Source: Candidatus Marinacidobacterales bacterium
Lineage (GTDB): Bacteria > Acidobacteriota > Vicinamibacteria > Marinacidobacterales > DATDRI01
DNA length: 64,000 bases
Assembly: GCA_965226495.1 (NCBI GenBank)
Contig: OZ245365.1
Span: forward strand, 736,001-800,000
Reading direction: 5' to 3'
Each line of letters opens with the position of its first letter. The stretch's first letter is position 1. Shown piece by piece: positions 30,528 through 42,100 of this stretch. A model generated the notes under the pieces. That model did no database searches. It saw only the letters and a program-made list of their open reading frames with translations, and was not told the DNA's origin. Position numbers and translations under genes: made by a program.

Positions 30528-31865
30528 AAAAATCATCCCACGCTTTTTCGGCTCGCTTCGCGCGGGCGGCGCGGCGCTGGGGACGCGGACGTGTGGCGAT
30601 ACCAGGTCGTCGTTCTTCCTCGATCAACCGCAGGACCATGAGCACGCTAGGACTACCTTCCGGCAACGGTTCCAGCGGTAGGACCTCGGGCACGTAGCGT
30701 CGCCAGATCGACAAGTTTCGCCAAGACTCGGCCTTCGTCCAAACTCGCCGATCCAACGGGTATTACGGGTATTCTGGATTCTCGCGGTCGGGTGGAGGCC
30801 CGTTCACTCTTTCGTGAAGCAGGACGGTGGGCTCGTCCGAGAAAAAGAACCCGGTCGAGACCTTGCTGTCATGCCCCGGAGAGCGGAGCTGGCTACGCTG
30901 ATGGGGGCGCATCGCCACGCGCCGATCGACTAGGCCGTAACGGTCGTAGATGCGTAGCTCGGAGTAGTAGCCGAGTACGCCAATCGCGCCACCCACGATG
31001 CTATCTCTGGGCTCGAAGCGGGCCTTCAGTGCCAGAGCAATTTCCTTTCTGTCGGCGAGATTGTCGAGTCCGTCTCTCCACACCTCGTACTCGCTGCGGA
31101 AGCCCGCCCCGTAGTAACGAAAATGAAACGCGCGCCGCACCGACGCGGGAACGAGCTGCACGTTCCAAGCGGGAAGAAGTCCCACCGCGATGGTGGCAAT
31201 CACTACCGCGGTGATTGCAAAACGCGATGTCAGACGGTCCTGCAGTCGAGTCACCAACCATCCCATTAAGAGCGCTCCGAAGGCGAGCCCCGGTACGAGA
31301 AACCGTCCCATCGGCATCCAATCCCCGCCGACCACTACCCCGTAGGCGGGAAATGCGAGGCTCAAGGTGCCGAGGGCCAGCGCCAGAGGCTTTGGTGCCT
31401 GCCTCCAGGCCACGTAGCCGAGAGTGCGAACGCCATGGTGGCCATGCCACCGGTCGACCACAACGCGTAGGGTGGGAAAAGGCCGAGCCCCAGCGTGATG
31501 GAGAAAGCCACGCCCATCGCCATGCCGAAATCTTGCCGGAGCGTTCGAAAAACGAGGTACAGGAGTAAAGAGCCACAAGCGAAACTGAGCATCGGTGCCC
31601 AGAAAGTGACGTCAAGTCGCAGGTACTCGACAAGTGCGCACACCGCGACCCAAAGAAAGTTGCTGTCTCCCTCTTCGGGCTGCTGATACCCTACGTTGTA
31701 GCGCAGGCCGTATCCCATGGCCCAGTTCTTTGCGTAGCGGAAACTGATGAAGGCGTCGTCGTTGTTGTACCAGAATCTATAGGTCAACAACGAGTAGGGG
31801 ATCCACGCGACAACGAAGGCGATCCAATCTCGGCGGGATTCGCGTTGGGCGTGACCGTGGTTCAT
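30499..31865 (-). pseudogene. Broken GT-C membrane glycosyltransferase (DDAFISFRY type, AftB-like), in three fragments
   Basis: 31362-31865 has DDAFISFRYAKN..EEGDSNFLW; 30763-31578 has GGDWMPMGRFLVP..GVLGYYS..YGLVD..PGHD; 30499-30756 may be the tail. The middle TM block seems to be missing. Confidence 0.7.
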
Positions 31866-32109
31866 TCGAGGCTAGCTTCTCACGCAGCGGACTAGATCCT
31901 AGCGACATGGTGCCCTATGTGGGAAACGTGCGGGAACATCCGGGCTTGCCACCGCGACGAGGCCGCTCTAGAATACCTCCGTTCTCCGTAGACGTCATTT
32001 TTGTTCACGAGGCCCCGAAACTGAACCTCTCCGCCTCCTTTTCTCCCGGGTCGTAGGCGATGCCGCTTTTGATGGTGTCGGTCTCGTGAGTCGCGCGAAT
32101 TGAGTCCCC

Positions 32110-32775
32110 ATGAAAAACCGGGAGATCGACTATTGGAATAGCCTTTGGCAGGGGCCGGATTTAGGCGTCCAGTGGAAGCACCGGGCCGCCGCGGCGCTCG
32201 TCGAGCACCAGCCGGTGCTCGACATCGGATGTGGAGCGGGGCACTTCCTCGACGCGCTCCGGCAGAGAGGCTTGGAGGAGTTGGTGGGCTGCGACCTTGC
32301 GCTTTCCAGCGCCAAAGCCTTGTCTGCGAGGGGGCTCCCCGCGTTGTGCTGCGATGCGGAGCGTCCATTGCCGTTTCCCGACCGCCACTTCGCCGCCGTT
32401 GCCCTAATCGATGTCCTGGAACATACGTTCGAGCCCGAGCGCGTCTTGGCGGAAGCGGCGCGCGTAGCCAGGGAGATCGTGCTGGTGGTTCCGAATTTCA
32501 ACTCGGTCACTGCACGTTACCAGGTTCTCGGGGGGGGAGTGCCCGAGAATAACACCCCCCGCAAGCGGCATGCGTACTGGTTCAACTACGCGGGTTTGAA
32601 GAAGCTGATCGCCTCGCTCGGTCTCGAGTTGGTATCGGAGCGATTCCACACGTTCAAGTATCAAAGTCCTCTCTTGGGGCCGCCCTTCCGCTTGTTGGGA
32701 CGCCTTCGGCCACAGCTTTTCTCGCTTGCCTTCGCCCTCAGGGTACGGGTTCCGGCTCGCGGAAGCGCAGATTGA
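32110..32775 (+). CDS. Class I SAM-dependent methyltransferase
   Basis: VLDIGCGAG, LPFPD, DVLEH and VVPNF. Confidence 0.9.
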   Translation: MKNREIDYWNSLWQGPDLGVQWKHRAAAALVEHQPVLDIGCGAGHFLDALRQRGLEELVGCDLALSSAKALSARGLPALCCDAERPLPFPDRHFAAVALIDVLEHTFEPERVLAEAARVAREIVLVVPNFNSVTARYQVLGGGVPENNTPRKRHAYWFNYAGLKKLIASLGLELVSERFHTFKYQSPLLGPPFRLLGRLRPQLFSLAFALRVRVPARGSAD

Positions 32776-34511
32776 ATTTCCTGGAAATCGACGTCCTCGA
32801 GCTCAACTTGCCTGCTTTCTTCGCAGCGGGGACTCTCGCTTTTGTCGCGGCATACCTTTGCTGGGTGGCGTTGATTTGGCGGCAGAGCGCCATCCGGTGG
32901 GCGTGGGCTCCCATCTTCCTGGCTTTGATGGCTTGGTTTTGGACCACCTTTCCACTTCTGGGGATCTGGGGACTAGCGCCCATTACAGATCGAATGAGGA
33001 ATCTATGGGCGTGCGCCACCGCGGCGGCGGGCAACTCCCCTTGGGAGAGCGGCGTAATAGGCCAGTTTCACTTGGAGCCCTTGTGGGCGGCCATCGTCTC
33101 GCTACTGTCCTTGCGTGACCCGGAATGGGTGCTGCGGCTCTACCCTTTTTTGCCGGCGCTGGTAATTGTCTTGTTTGGATTGAGCCTTAGATTCTCTTTT
33201 GCGGTGGAACCGGAGGGCGTTGCTTCGGGTGAGAGCGAGTCGACGCGAAACGAACTGCGCGCACTCTTTGTGATTTTTTTTGCGCTTCTCGTTGCGGCGC
33301 CGCCGCTCGACTTCCTCGGTGCCTACAACGGCTCGGTGGCCAAGATTTTTCTGCACAAGCCCAATCATGTCATCGCACTTGCCTTGGTGCCGGTCTGCCT
33401 TTGGCTTGTGGTGCGGACCATCTCCAAGCCCTTCAGCTTCCTGAGATCTGCGGTGACCGGGTTGCTTTTGGGCGTTCTCGGGTGGGCCTTCATCATGTAT
33501 TGGATTCTCTTCTGCCTGGGGCTGGTCTTCGGCGGCATACTGATTGCGTCGGTGAAGGGCTTGGGGCGACAGCAACTTCGTCTCGGGGCGATTCTGCTAG
33601 TGTCGCTCGCCATCGTCCTTCCCTACGTCTATTACTTGAAGGTGAACTTCCCGCCCGCGGTCAGCCTCTCAGCGGGCACGGCGGCGGACCTTCGGAGCCC
33701 GTGGGACCAAGGTCCTCCGCGCGGTAGCTCGCTGCTCTTTCTCGCCACCTTCGACTTAGGACTGACGTTCTATCTTGGCCTTTATGGTGCCTGGACCGTC
33801 TGGCGAAGAAGAAACCGATACGAGCTGATGTGGCTCGGATTGCTCACCGCACTTTATGCGGCATGGGCTGGCAGTGCCGTCCTTTATGCAGCAGCTCGGT
33901 CTCGGGGAGCGATTCACGTCTACACCCTCCTGGTTGTGGTGATGGCCATATTCTCGGGTCTGGGCGTCTACGATCTCGTCGAGCGAGGCGGGCGAAGGCT
34001 TGCCCCAAAATTAGGCTCGTCCCTCGATTGGTTGGGTAACTCGAGTCGACTGACTGCGGTGGTGCTTCTGCTGTTGCTGCCTACGACGCTCCCCTCGTGG
34101 TGGAAGCCAGAGGTAATGGACGACCACTTCCGACTCGGCTTGACCCCAATCCCGAAACGCTACCTAGCTATGGGAGAATGGATCCGCGACAACACCAGAG
34201 GGAGTGACGTTCTTCTTGCTGCGGTGGACGCGGGGGCGTGGATACCCGCCGTGTCGGGGAGGCGGGTCCGCCGGCTTCTAAAACCCTCGTTCGGCACCGA
34301 AGACTATTGGGACGAGTGCGCTCTCCTCGAGCCGACCGACCTGAATGAGTTGAAAGCGGCGGTGGCACGACTCGGTGTGTCCTATATCGTATCGAGTCCG
34401 ACGTTCTTGGCCGAGCACGTGATTACGGAGAGGCAATTGAACCAAAACCCGTTTCTGGAAAGAGTGTTCCAGGCCAGAGGGGTGACGGTCTATCGCATCG
34501 CCACCGAGTGA
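32772..34511 (+). CDS. Multi-TM GT-C-like membrane protein (paralog of 5973-7661)
   Basis: About 13 TMs, ITDRMRN in the first loop and C-terminal WIPAVSGRRV. Confidence 0.72.
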   Translation: MNFLEIDVLELNLPAFFAAGTLAFVAAYLCWVALIWRQSAIRWAWAPIFLALMAWFWTTFPLLGIWGLAPITDRMRNLWACATAAAGNSPWESGVIGQFHLEPLWAAIVSLLSLRDPEWVLRLYPFLPALVIVLFGLSLRFSFAVEPEGVASGESESTRNELRALFVIFFALLVAAPPLDFLGAYNGSVAKIFLHKPNHVIALALVPVCLWLVVRTISKPFSFLRSAVTGLLLGVLGWAFIMYWILFCLGLVFGGILIASVKGLGRQQLRLGAILLVSLAIVLPYVYYLKVNFPPAVSLSAGTAADLRSPWDQGPPRGSSLLFLATFDLGLTFYLGLYGAWTVWRRRNRYELMWLGLLTALYAAWAGSAVLYAAARSRGAIHVYTLLVVVMAIFSGLGVYDLVERGGRRLAPKLGSSLDWLGNSSRLTAVVLLLLLPTTLPSWWKPEVMDDHFRLGLTPIPKRYLAMGEWIRDNTRGSDVLLAAVDAGAWIPAVSGRRVRRLLKPSFGTEDYWDECALLEPTDLNELKAAVARLGVSYIVSSPTFLAEHVITERQLNQNPFLERVFQARGVTVYRIATE

Positions 34512-34521
34512 GTTCGAAGGC

Positions 34522-35739
34522 CTAGATGGTCGCGGAGCGTTCGTGGGCCGATACCGGAGCCCGACCGAGGGCAGCTACCGTCGCATTAACCATATTGTCC
34601 CAAGTGAACTCCTTGGAGCGTTTTATTCCCGCGGCCGCGAGGCGGGCGCGAGAAGCAGGGCTCTTGCACAGCTCGATCAATACGGAAATGAGTCGGTCCG
34701 GATTTTCAATGGGCACGAGGATCCCGTTGCTTCCGTTTTGAATCAGTTCACGGTTTCCACCGACGTCAGTAGCCACTACGGGAAGTCCGGCTCGCATAGA
34801 TTCGAGGAGCAAGTGAGAAAAGCCCTCGTAGCTCGATGCGAGAACCAGGATGTCGCTGGCCATCAGGTGAAGCTTCATGCGGTCCGCATCCAACCGACCG
34901 ACAAGGGTAACCGCTTCGTCGAGCTTCAACCCCGACACCAGTTCCTTGAGCTCCTTCTCGCACGGACCGGTGCCAATGATCAGAAGCCGAGCCGAGGATA
35001 CAACAGAGCGTATCGCGGGCATTAAGCGGATCAGGTGATCGAACCGCTTCCAAGGGACCAGGCGTCCGGCAGAGACGAGTACCGTGTCTCGATCGAATGG
35101 GCCAAACGAAAGCTCCTGACGCGCCGTCTCCCTGGTCGTGCCGATTTCGTCATCGGGGAGGCTGTTGTAAACGACATCGATCCGGTCGTCACGGACACCC
35201 CACCCTACGACCAGGCTCTTCAGGAATTCGCTAGGCACAATGATGCGCTCGGCGCTCCGAGCCACGAATCTCTGAGCTCGTCGTGCGCCGTCGATGACCG
35301 GACCGTAATTCTTTTCTTGAAATGTCAGGATGTCGTCTTTTACGCGGCCCTGCTCCGAGCCGATCTCCCAGGCGAGATCTCCCACGATCTTGACCACGAA
35401 CGGTCGCCGCAGAGTGCGAGCGGCTACTAGGGCCGGAAGTCCAGAGCTCAAAGGATCCTGTGCGTAGATTACATCCGCGGCGCGAGACGCTCGCCGCACC
35501 GCGGCGGCAAAGGAAAGGTAACGAACTGGCAGCGGCGCGGAACGAGAGACGCGTTGGATGGGAAAGCTTGACTCGCTCTCGGTCCCTTCTCCGCCTTCTC
35601 CGCCTTCTGCGCCTCCTGCATACGTCACGACGCTCACCTGCCATGCCTTGTTGAAGAGATCGCGGGCCAGGTGACTCACATAGGTAGCGGGGCCGCCGAT
35701 GTCGGGCGGGTAAATTCCCGTCGCGAAGGTTATGCTCAT
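34522..35739 (-). CDS. GT4 glycosyltransferase
   Basis: TGIYPPDIGGPATY, AGRLVPWK and SSYEGFSHLLLESM. Start at MSITFAT, coupled to the upstream stop. Confidence 0.92.
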   Translation of the reverse strand: MSITFATGIYPPDIGGPATYVSHLARDLFNKAWQVSVVTYAGGAEGGEGGEGTESESSFPIQRVSRSAPLPVRYLSFAAAVRRASRAADVIYAQDPLSSGLPALVAARTLRRPFVVKIVGDLAWEIGSEQGRVKDDILTFQEKNYGPVIDGARRAQRFVARSAERIIVPSEFLKSLVVGWGVRDDRIDVVYNSLPDDEIGTTRETARQELSFGPFDRDTVLVSAGRLVPWKRFDHLIRLMPAIRSVVSSARLLIIGTGPCEKELKELVSGLKLDEAVTLVGRLDADRMKLHLMASDILVLASSYEGFSHLLLESMRAGLPVVATDVGGNRELIQNGSNGILVPIENPDRLISVLIELCKSPASRARLAAAGIKRSKEFTWDNMVNATVAALGRAPVSAHERSATI

Positions 35740-36878
35740 TTGGCGAGGAGCTCCTCGTACATCGTGGCGATGCTCTCGGCTATCTTGTTCCAATCGTAGT
35801 CACGACGGACCAAATCCTGACCTTGTCCGGACAAACGCCCAGCCAACGCCCGATCGCTCAGCACGCGGTCCACCACGGCGGCGACGCTCGACGGTTGGCG
35901 CGGTTCGCAGAAGAGCCCCGTCTCGCGATCATGCAGGAAATCCGGGATGCCCCCGACCGGAGTGCCCACCACCGGGACACCACAGGCCATTGCTTCGAGA
36001 AAGGCGCTACCCAGTCCCTCGCTGGTAGAAGGACGCACGAAGACCTCGGAGAGGAGAAGATGTTTCGCTGTTTCGTGGTGCTCTACCGAGCCTGCGAACC
36101 GGACTTGGTCCCGAACGCCTAACTCGCTCGCCAGATTTTCCAGCCGAAGGCGCTGATTCCCATCTCCCACCAAGAGAAGGGCCGCGTCGGGGTGGCGCTC
36201 GAGTATGGCCGGCATGGCCCGGAGCAAGTCGTCAATAGCGTTTTTGGAAACGAGCCGTGATACAGAGACGATGGTCCGCTTACCGACTAGGCCCAAGCGG
36301 CTACGGAGATCGATGATCTCCTCGGAGGGATAGGCTCCGCGGTCAAACGCTCGAAGGTCGACGCCGTTGGGCACGACGGTGACGCTCTCGGCATCGGCCC
36401 CGTGACGCACCGCCTCGTCTCGCAAGAACGAGCTGATGGCATGGATTCGATCGAACGGGCGGTGGAGCAGCGGGTAAATGGGGAAGAATGGGCCGAGATA
36501 ATCTCTGACGTATTCTTCGCTGTCTCCTTCCTGCAACGTGAGCAGCGAGGGTTTGGAACGGAGCTTGAGATAGAGGTAGGCGGCCACCGCGGAAGCATTG
36601 ACCATGATGTTGTGAACCAGATCCACCGATTCCAGTTGCAGGGCTTTCTTGAGAGCGAGGAGTGGGTAAGTGAACTTGTCACTGCGGCGCCCGCCACCCA
36701 CGCGGAAGATAGTGGCGCCGTCGCCGCTCTCGCTGCTCGGCAACCGTCTGTCCATCCGCGCGGTCACGACAACGAATCGGTATCTACCGGAAAGCCTCTC
36801 CGCGATGGCGCGCGCGAAGAGCTCTGCCCCGCCGATGAACGGGTGATAGAACCAAGAGAGGACCAGAATGGTCTTCAT
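35736..36878 (-). CDS. GT4 glycosyltransferase
   Basis: PFIGGAE, SRLVSKN and PSTSEGLGSAFLEAMACG. Confidence 0.93.
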   Translation of the reverse strand: MKTILVLSWFYHPFIGGAELFARAIAERLSGRYRFVVVTARMDRRLPSSESGDGATIFRVGGGRRSDKFTYPLLALKKALQLESVDLVHNIMVNASAVAAYLYLKLRSKPSLLTLQEGDSEEYVRDYLGPFFPIYPLLHRPFDRIHAISSFLRDEAVRHGADAESVTVVPNGVDLRAFDRGAYPSEEIIDLRSRLGLVGKRTIVSVSRLVSKNAIDDLLRAMPAILERHPDAALLLVGDGNQRLRLENLASELGVRDQVRFAGSVEHHETAKHLLLSEVFVRPSTSEGLGSAFLEAMACGVPVVGTPVGGIPDFLHDRETGLFCEPRQPSSVAAVVDRVLSDRALAGRLSGQGQDLVRRDYDWNKIAESIATMYEELLAK

Positions 36879-36959
36879 GCGCTCGTTGAGTGTACAATAA
36901 TTTGCATTGCCTGCGGCGCGCAGGCAGTCGCCCGAGAAAAGCCGAGAAGAGATCGTCGC

Positions 36960-37904
36960 GTGTTCTTATACTCATTAAGACGTAGATTTCACCGCTTCCG
37001 ACGCGGAGCGCTGGATGTCCTGCCGCTGCGCCCTCACCAGATTTATCCAGAAGGGTCGAAACTAAGGCCCGAGTTTCTCTCGACGCCCACTGGGCAAGAC
37101 TTCATTTTGAAGAAGCAAACGCCGGTCGCATCCATGGGGTCTTGTTTCGCTCGTGAGATCAAGCTGCGACTCGTCGATAAGGACTACAACTATGTGCAGA
37201 CGGAGCACAACGCTTGGAGCCACCATGCGTCCTGCGCATGGGAGCGAGTCTATGCGAGTGCCAACGCCAGCCAGATCCTCGACTATACAGATTCCGGCGA
37301 GCTCCATCCGGAGAGAATCTACCCGTACAAGGGGCAATACTTTGACCTCTGGAGGAACAAGATCACGTACCAAGCTCTGGAGGATGCCGAGACAGACATT
37401 CGAGCGCATATCTCCGCTTCACGGGCCGCCATCGAACAATGCGAGTTGTTTATCCTAACGGTAGGCCAGAACGAACTTTGGCAAAGCAAATCCAGCGGTC
37501 ACTTCTATGCCAGACGACCACCGTCACCGCTGGTCGACTCGGGTGAGGCGCGTCTCGTGCAGTTGTCGGTCGAGGACAACGTACGCTATTTGGAGAACTT
37601 TCATGGAGTTCTGAAAAAATTGAATCCGAGGGTCCGCCTTCTTCTGACCTTATCGCCGGTACCATCGGTGGCTACCTTCCATGACGAAAATGTCGTCGTG
37701 CAGTCTCTCCTCAACAAGTCGATGCTCAGGGTGGCCATCTCTCGCTTCGTTCAGTCGCGGCCCGACGAAGTGATGTATTTTCCGAGCTACGAGATCGTTC
37801 AGACCTGGAGAGGGAATCCCTTCGTACCGGACAACGTGCATGTGAAGCCGAGAGTCATCGATGCCATCATGAGGGTCTTCTTCAAGACCTACGCTACCGG
37901 TTGA
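36960..37904 (+). CDS. GSCFA domain protein (SGNH-like)
   Basis: SMGSCFA, LTVGQNELW, LTLSPVP, YFPSYEIV and DNVHV. Start set at in-frame GTG 36960. Confidence 0.9.
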   Translation: MFLYSLRRRFHRFRRGALDVLPLRPHQIYPEGSKLRPEFLSTPTGQDFILKKQTPVASMGSCFAREIKLRLVDKDYNYVQTEHNAWSHHASCAWERVYASANASQILDYTDSGELHPERIYPYKGQYFDLWRNKITYQALEDAETDIRAHISASRAAIEQCELFILTVGQNELWQSKSSGHFYARRPPSPLVDSGEARLVQLSVEDNVRYLENFHGVLKKLNPRVRLLLTLSPVPSVATFHDENVVVQSLLNKSMLRVAISRFVQSRPDEVMYFPSYEIVQTWRGNPFVPDNVHVKPRVIDAIMRVFFKTYATG

Positions 37905-37987
37905 CACGTGTGCGCCTCGGCCCTGATCGCGTGACGAGAAAGTCCTCGAGCTCAACGAAGAAGGACGTCCCGGCATAGGCACGAACC

Positions 37988-39049
37988 ATGCGACTACTTT
38001 TTTTCGTGCAAATGCTGGATCCGGATGATGCCAACCTTGGGTTCATCGTCCAGTGGGCGCGTGCGCTTTCCCGGGAGGTGGACGAGCTTGTCATCGTTTC
38101 GCTGGAAACACGTTCTTTCGACATCGCCGAGAACGCCCGAGTGATCAGCCTGGGCAAGGAGGACGGGGCCTCGAGGTCGGTGCAAACGCTGCGTTTGGCG
38201 AGTCACCTAGGCCGAGAAATTCTCGGCGGGAAGGTCGACGCGGTTCTAGCCCACATGGCACCGGTGTATTCCGTGGTCTCCGCACCCTTCGCGTTCATCG
38301 GGAGGGTTCCGATATTCACCTGGTACACCCACCGACACGTCTCGGCGATGCTCAGATTGGCCGAGAAGTGCTCCCGACTGTGCTTCACTGCCAGCGACGC
38401 TTCGTTTCGCCTAGCGTCCGCAAAGAAAAGAGTGATCGGGCACGGCATCGATACGCAACGGTTCTCACGGCGTCCGAACCTGGTTGGAGGCCGAGAGGGG
38501 CCGTTGCGGTTGCTGTCCGCGTCGCGCCTGTCGCCTGTGAAGAGAGTCGACGTGCTTCTAGAAGCCCTCACGGGCCTCGAGGGAGATTGGACTCTACATT
38601 TAGCCGGCGGTGCTCCTCTGGAGTCTCAGCGGCCATACGAGGGCCGAGTCCTCGAGCTGGCGCGTTCCTTGGGGAGCCGGGTTCGAGTGCATGGAGCGGT
38701 GCCCCACGGAGATATGCCGCAGTTGCTCGGCGAAGCCGATGCGTTCATCAACCTTTCGGATACTGGGTCGCTGGATAAAGGGGTACTGGAAGCACTCGCC
38801 GTGGGCTGCACGGTTCTTACGAGCAATGAGGCGTTTAGAGATCTGTTGGCGGGGACCTTGGAGAGGACTTTTCTCGAGGAGGTCAGCGTAAAAAGTGTTC
38901 GCGCACGCTTGAGGTCATTGATGAAATGCCCCAGAAGAGTTCTTCAGGAGGACCAGGATCTGCTCTACGAAAGGGTAAAGCGAGACCATAGTCTCGAGCG
39001 CCTGGCGGGTCGTTTGGTGGGCGAAATAGAAGGTTCAATCGGATCGTGA
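37988..39049 (+). CDS. GT4 glycosyltransferase
   Basis: GHGIDT, SRLSPVKR and TGSLDKGVLEALAVG. Confidence 0.9.
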   Translation: MRLLFFVQMLDPDDANLGFIVQWARALSREVDELVIVSLETRSFDIAENARVISLGKEDGASRSVQTLRLASHLGREILGGKVDAVLAHMAPVYSVVSAPFAFIGRVPIFTWYTHRHVSAMLRLAEKCSRLCFTASDASFRLASAKKRVIGHGIDTQRFSRRPNLVGGREGPLRLLSASRLSPVKRVDVLLEALTGLEGDWTLHLAGGAPLESQRPYEGRVLELARSLGSRVRVHGAVPHGDMPQLLGEADAFINLSDTGSLDKGVLEALAVGCTVLTSNEAFRDLLAGTLERTFLEEVSVKSVRARLRSLMKCPRRVLQEDQDLLYERVKRDHSLERLAGRLVGEIEGSIGS

Positions 39050-39065
39050 GTCGCCCTAGAAATAA

Positions 39066-39101
39066 GCGGGCCCCTGCGGACGATAATCCGCAAGAGCCCG
39101 C
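39066..39101. terminator. Hairpin between convergent genes, probable bidirectional terminator
   Basis: GCGGGC-CCC-TGCGGA / TCCGCA-AGA-GCCCGC imperfect stem between the stops at 39049 and 39117. Confidence 0.6.
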
Positions 39102-39116
39102 GCGTTCTTGTGACGC

Positions 39117-42100
39117 CTAGGGTACGGCGGCCGATATTACGCTAACCGACCTGAGCCCGGCTTCATCTTTGGTCTCGATGGCGAACCAGTTCGTCTGTCC
39201 AGAGACGATGCCGCTAGTGATGACGAAGACCTCTGGCGAGCCGGGAGCCTGCGGCACCAAACCAGTTGCCACCAGGTCCGCTCCTCCGAAATTACCCGCG
39301 TTGATCAACGACGTGTCCATGCGGATCTCGTAAGACGTCGCCGGATCGCCTACCGATCCATCGTCGGCGGGAGCGTTCCAGGTGAGCGTGGCTTCGATGG
39401 CCGGACCACTCTGCTCCGACACCTCGATCTCGGCGAACGATGCATAGAACTTCCCGTTCGTATATTCGTTCACCTTGGTGGCACGGATCCTAACGTAACG
39501 ACCCGCGGTTGGAGTCACGTTGAAGGTGTAGAACGTGGAGAGTGTGGCCACGAAGTCGGTGACGACAAGCGCGTCGGTAAATGGACCGTTGGGGTTATTG
39601 CCCACCTGGATTTTGAAATCGGCGGGAAAGTGGAGGGGGCTCTGGTTGTTCGATTGCAAGCGCACTTGGCCCACCGTCACCGAAGAGCCTAGGTCGACGG
39701 TGATCCATTCCTCACGGTGGGGCTTGACCCCGGGTGAGATCCACGCGGTCGCCGGATCGCCGTCCAAGGCGTTGGACGCGGGTGTCAAAGCCCCCGAAGA
39801 GTTCTCTACGGTCACGTTCAGAGACATAACGACGACATCTACGCTGAGATTCGACACTTGAGCGGGAGGCTCATCATCGATCGTGCTTCCCGATACAACG
39901 GTGGAAAGAGGAGACGTCAGGTCGGCATCGTCCACCGCCCGAACCGCGCAGTTGTAGGCCGTTTGGTTGGCCAGTCCGGGAATGTCGAACTGCAGGGTAT
40001 TGCCGGGACCGACCGGTGTCGGACCAGGATCGGCGAACGTGAGTCCCACGAAGTCACCGAGACCGTTGATAGCGCCGGTAGAGCATCCGACTTCGTAATG
40101 ATCGACTGGACCGGAGCCATTGTCGCCGGCATCGTCGGCCGGTTCCGTGAATTGAATCCTGATGGAGCTACCGGTGGCCTCGACGGGCAAGACCGTAAGG
40201 TTGGTCACCGTGCCTGGTGGGTTGCCTGGCGTGGACACCTTGACGATGTTGGACAGAACCGAGACGTTCGAGTTGCCGTCTACGGTCTTGATGGCAGCCC
40301 AAATCACCTGTTCCGGCCCTAGGCCGGTGAGGGTCAAGCTCTCGGGAAAGCCGGCCGGTTGAGGTGCCGGGACCATCCCGTCGGGAACCTGGGTCGCGTT
40401 ATCGTAATCATCGTCGTCCACGATCTCCGTCGTTGAGTACCTGACGTGGTACTTGGTGGCCTGCCCTTGGTTTCCATTGTTTCCCGGTGCCGTCCATAGA
40501 AGCATGACGCCGTCTGCCGCCGCCGCCAAGTCGAAGACCTCGATCTCCGCGAACTGGCTGTAGAACTTGCCGTTCGAATACGCGTTCATCTCGGTGATGC
40601 GAATTCTCACGTACTGTCCGGAGATGGGAACCGGGAGGTCAAACGTGTACCAGTTGGAGGATTCGGCTACGAAATTCGAGACGGTAAGGCCGGTCGTGAA
40701 GTTGTTGTTCGGATCATTACCCACCAGAATCTCGAAGGATTTCGCGAAAAGGAGCGGACTCTGGTTGCTTGCAAGGAGACGGACACGTCCTACATTGGTC
40801 TCGGAGCCGGCGTTGACCGTGATGTACTCGATTCTTGTTGGCTTGACACCCGGTGAAGACCAATAGGTGCTCTCATCGTCGTCTACCGCCTTGTTTCCAG
40901 CGAAACCGGGTATGAATCCCGAGGAGTTAGCCGCGGTCAGGGGAGTGATCTCGGTGTACACTCCGCCGCCAGAAATCCCCTGTAAGTCGTTGATCCCTGC
41001 CGGCGGGGTTCCGTCGAGCGTTGCCAATTCGGCGATGTTGGAAAGGGGAGATGCTTGTCCCACCTCGTCCCGACTGATGATGGAGAAATAGTAATGGGTG
41101 GTCGGGTCGAGAGCATTGACGGTCATCGTCTGCGTCGTCCCCGGGTTCGCGGGGGCGGGTGGCGTCTCGTCCGTCACCAGCGAGCCGAGGTTCGAGGAAG
41201 TAATGGGAGTTTCCGAATAGCGCACTTCATACGAAGTGACCTTCCCGCCGGCGGGTCCATCTTCTGTCGGGGCGTCCCAATCCAACTCCATGCTCGTTTT
41301 GGTGGGACTGAATGCGCGTAGATTCGCGATGGCGGCGGGCGGAACCCCGCGGGTCGCGAGGGTCACGATGTTGGACACGGCCGAGCGGTTGCCCGCGTCA
41401 TCGACACTTGTGAGTGCTGCCGAGTACGTGGTCTCGTCGTTCAAGGTGTCCACAACCACCGATTGGATTGCGTTGAGCACCGGGGCGGGCTCATTCGTAA
41501 CGATAACGAGTGCTTGGGCCGAAAAGTAGTTGTACGCCCCCGGTCCGCCTGCCATAACGCGGAGATCGTAAGCAAATACCGGCTCCGTGCCGGCACCTGC
41601 GTCGTCCGCGGGAGCTTGCCAGTTGTACTGAATGGTGCCGAAAACCGGGTTGTCTTCGAGTACTTCCACTTCACCGATCAGAGCATTGAAAGGATACTTG
41701 TTGACGTAGAAGTTGGTGTCGGTGATCCAGATCCTCACGTATCGGCGAGTCAAGACCGGGGCCGCAACGAATTCGTACCACATGCCCTGTTGCGCGACGA
41801 AGTTCGGTTCGGTGTGAACCGTCGTGAAGTTGGCGTCCGGTTGATCGCTGACTTGGATCGAGAAACCCTTGGGGAACAGCAGCACGTTCGAGTTGAACGG
41901 CATATAGAGGCGGACCCGGGCCACCGGGAACGTGCCTCCGAGGTCGATGGTGACGAACTCGGTAGTGACGCTATTTTTGGAAGTGCTTTGCCACTTGGTT
42001 TCAGGGACACCATCTACGATGTTCTCTTTGGCTCCTCCGTTGCTGGTCCACTCGCTGGAGGCTTCGATAGCGGTGAGACCCGGGATCACGGCGAGGCCCG

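Noticed and set aside
31866-32109. 244-bp divergent intergenic region with short open frames
   Set aside because: No recognisable protein motif, RNA structure or repeat; treated as a promoter region.
36402-36959. Long N-terminal extensions in the ORF track (also 3293-3601, 9533-9766, 27788-28174, 43857-44000, 60312-60509)
   Set aside because: Most overlap neighbouring genes, all lack homology-like features, and better internal starts with an RBS, a -10 element, a signal peptide or translational coupling exist.
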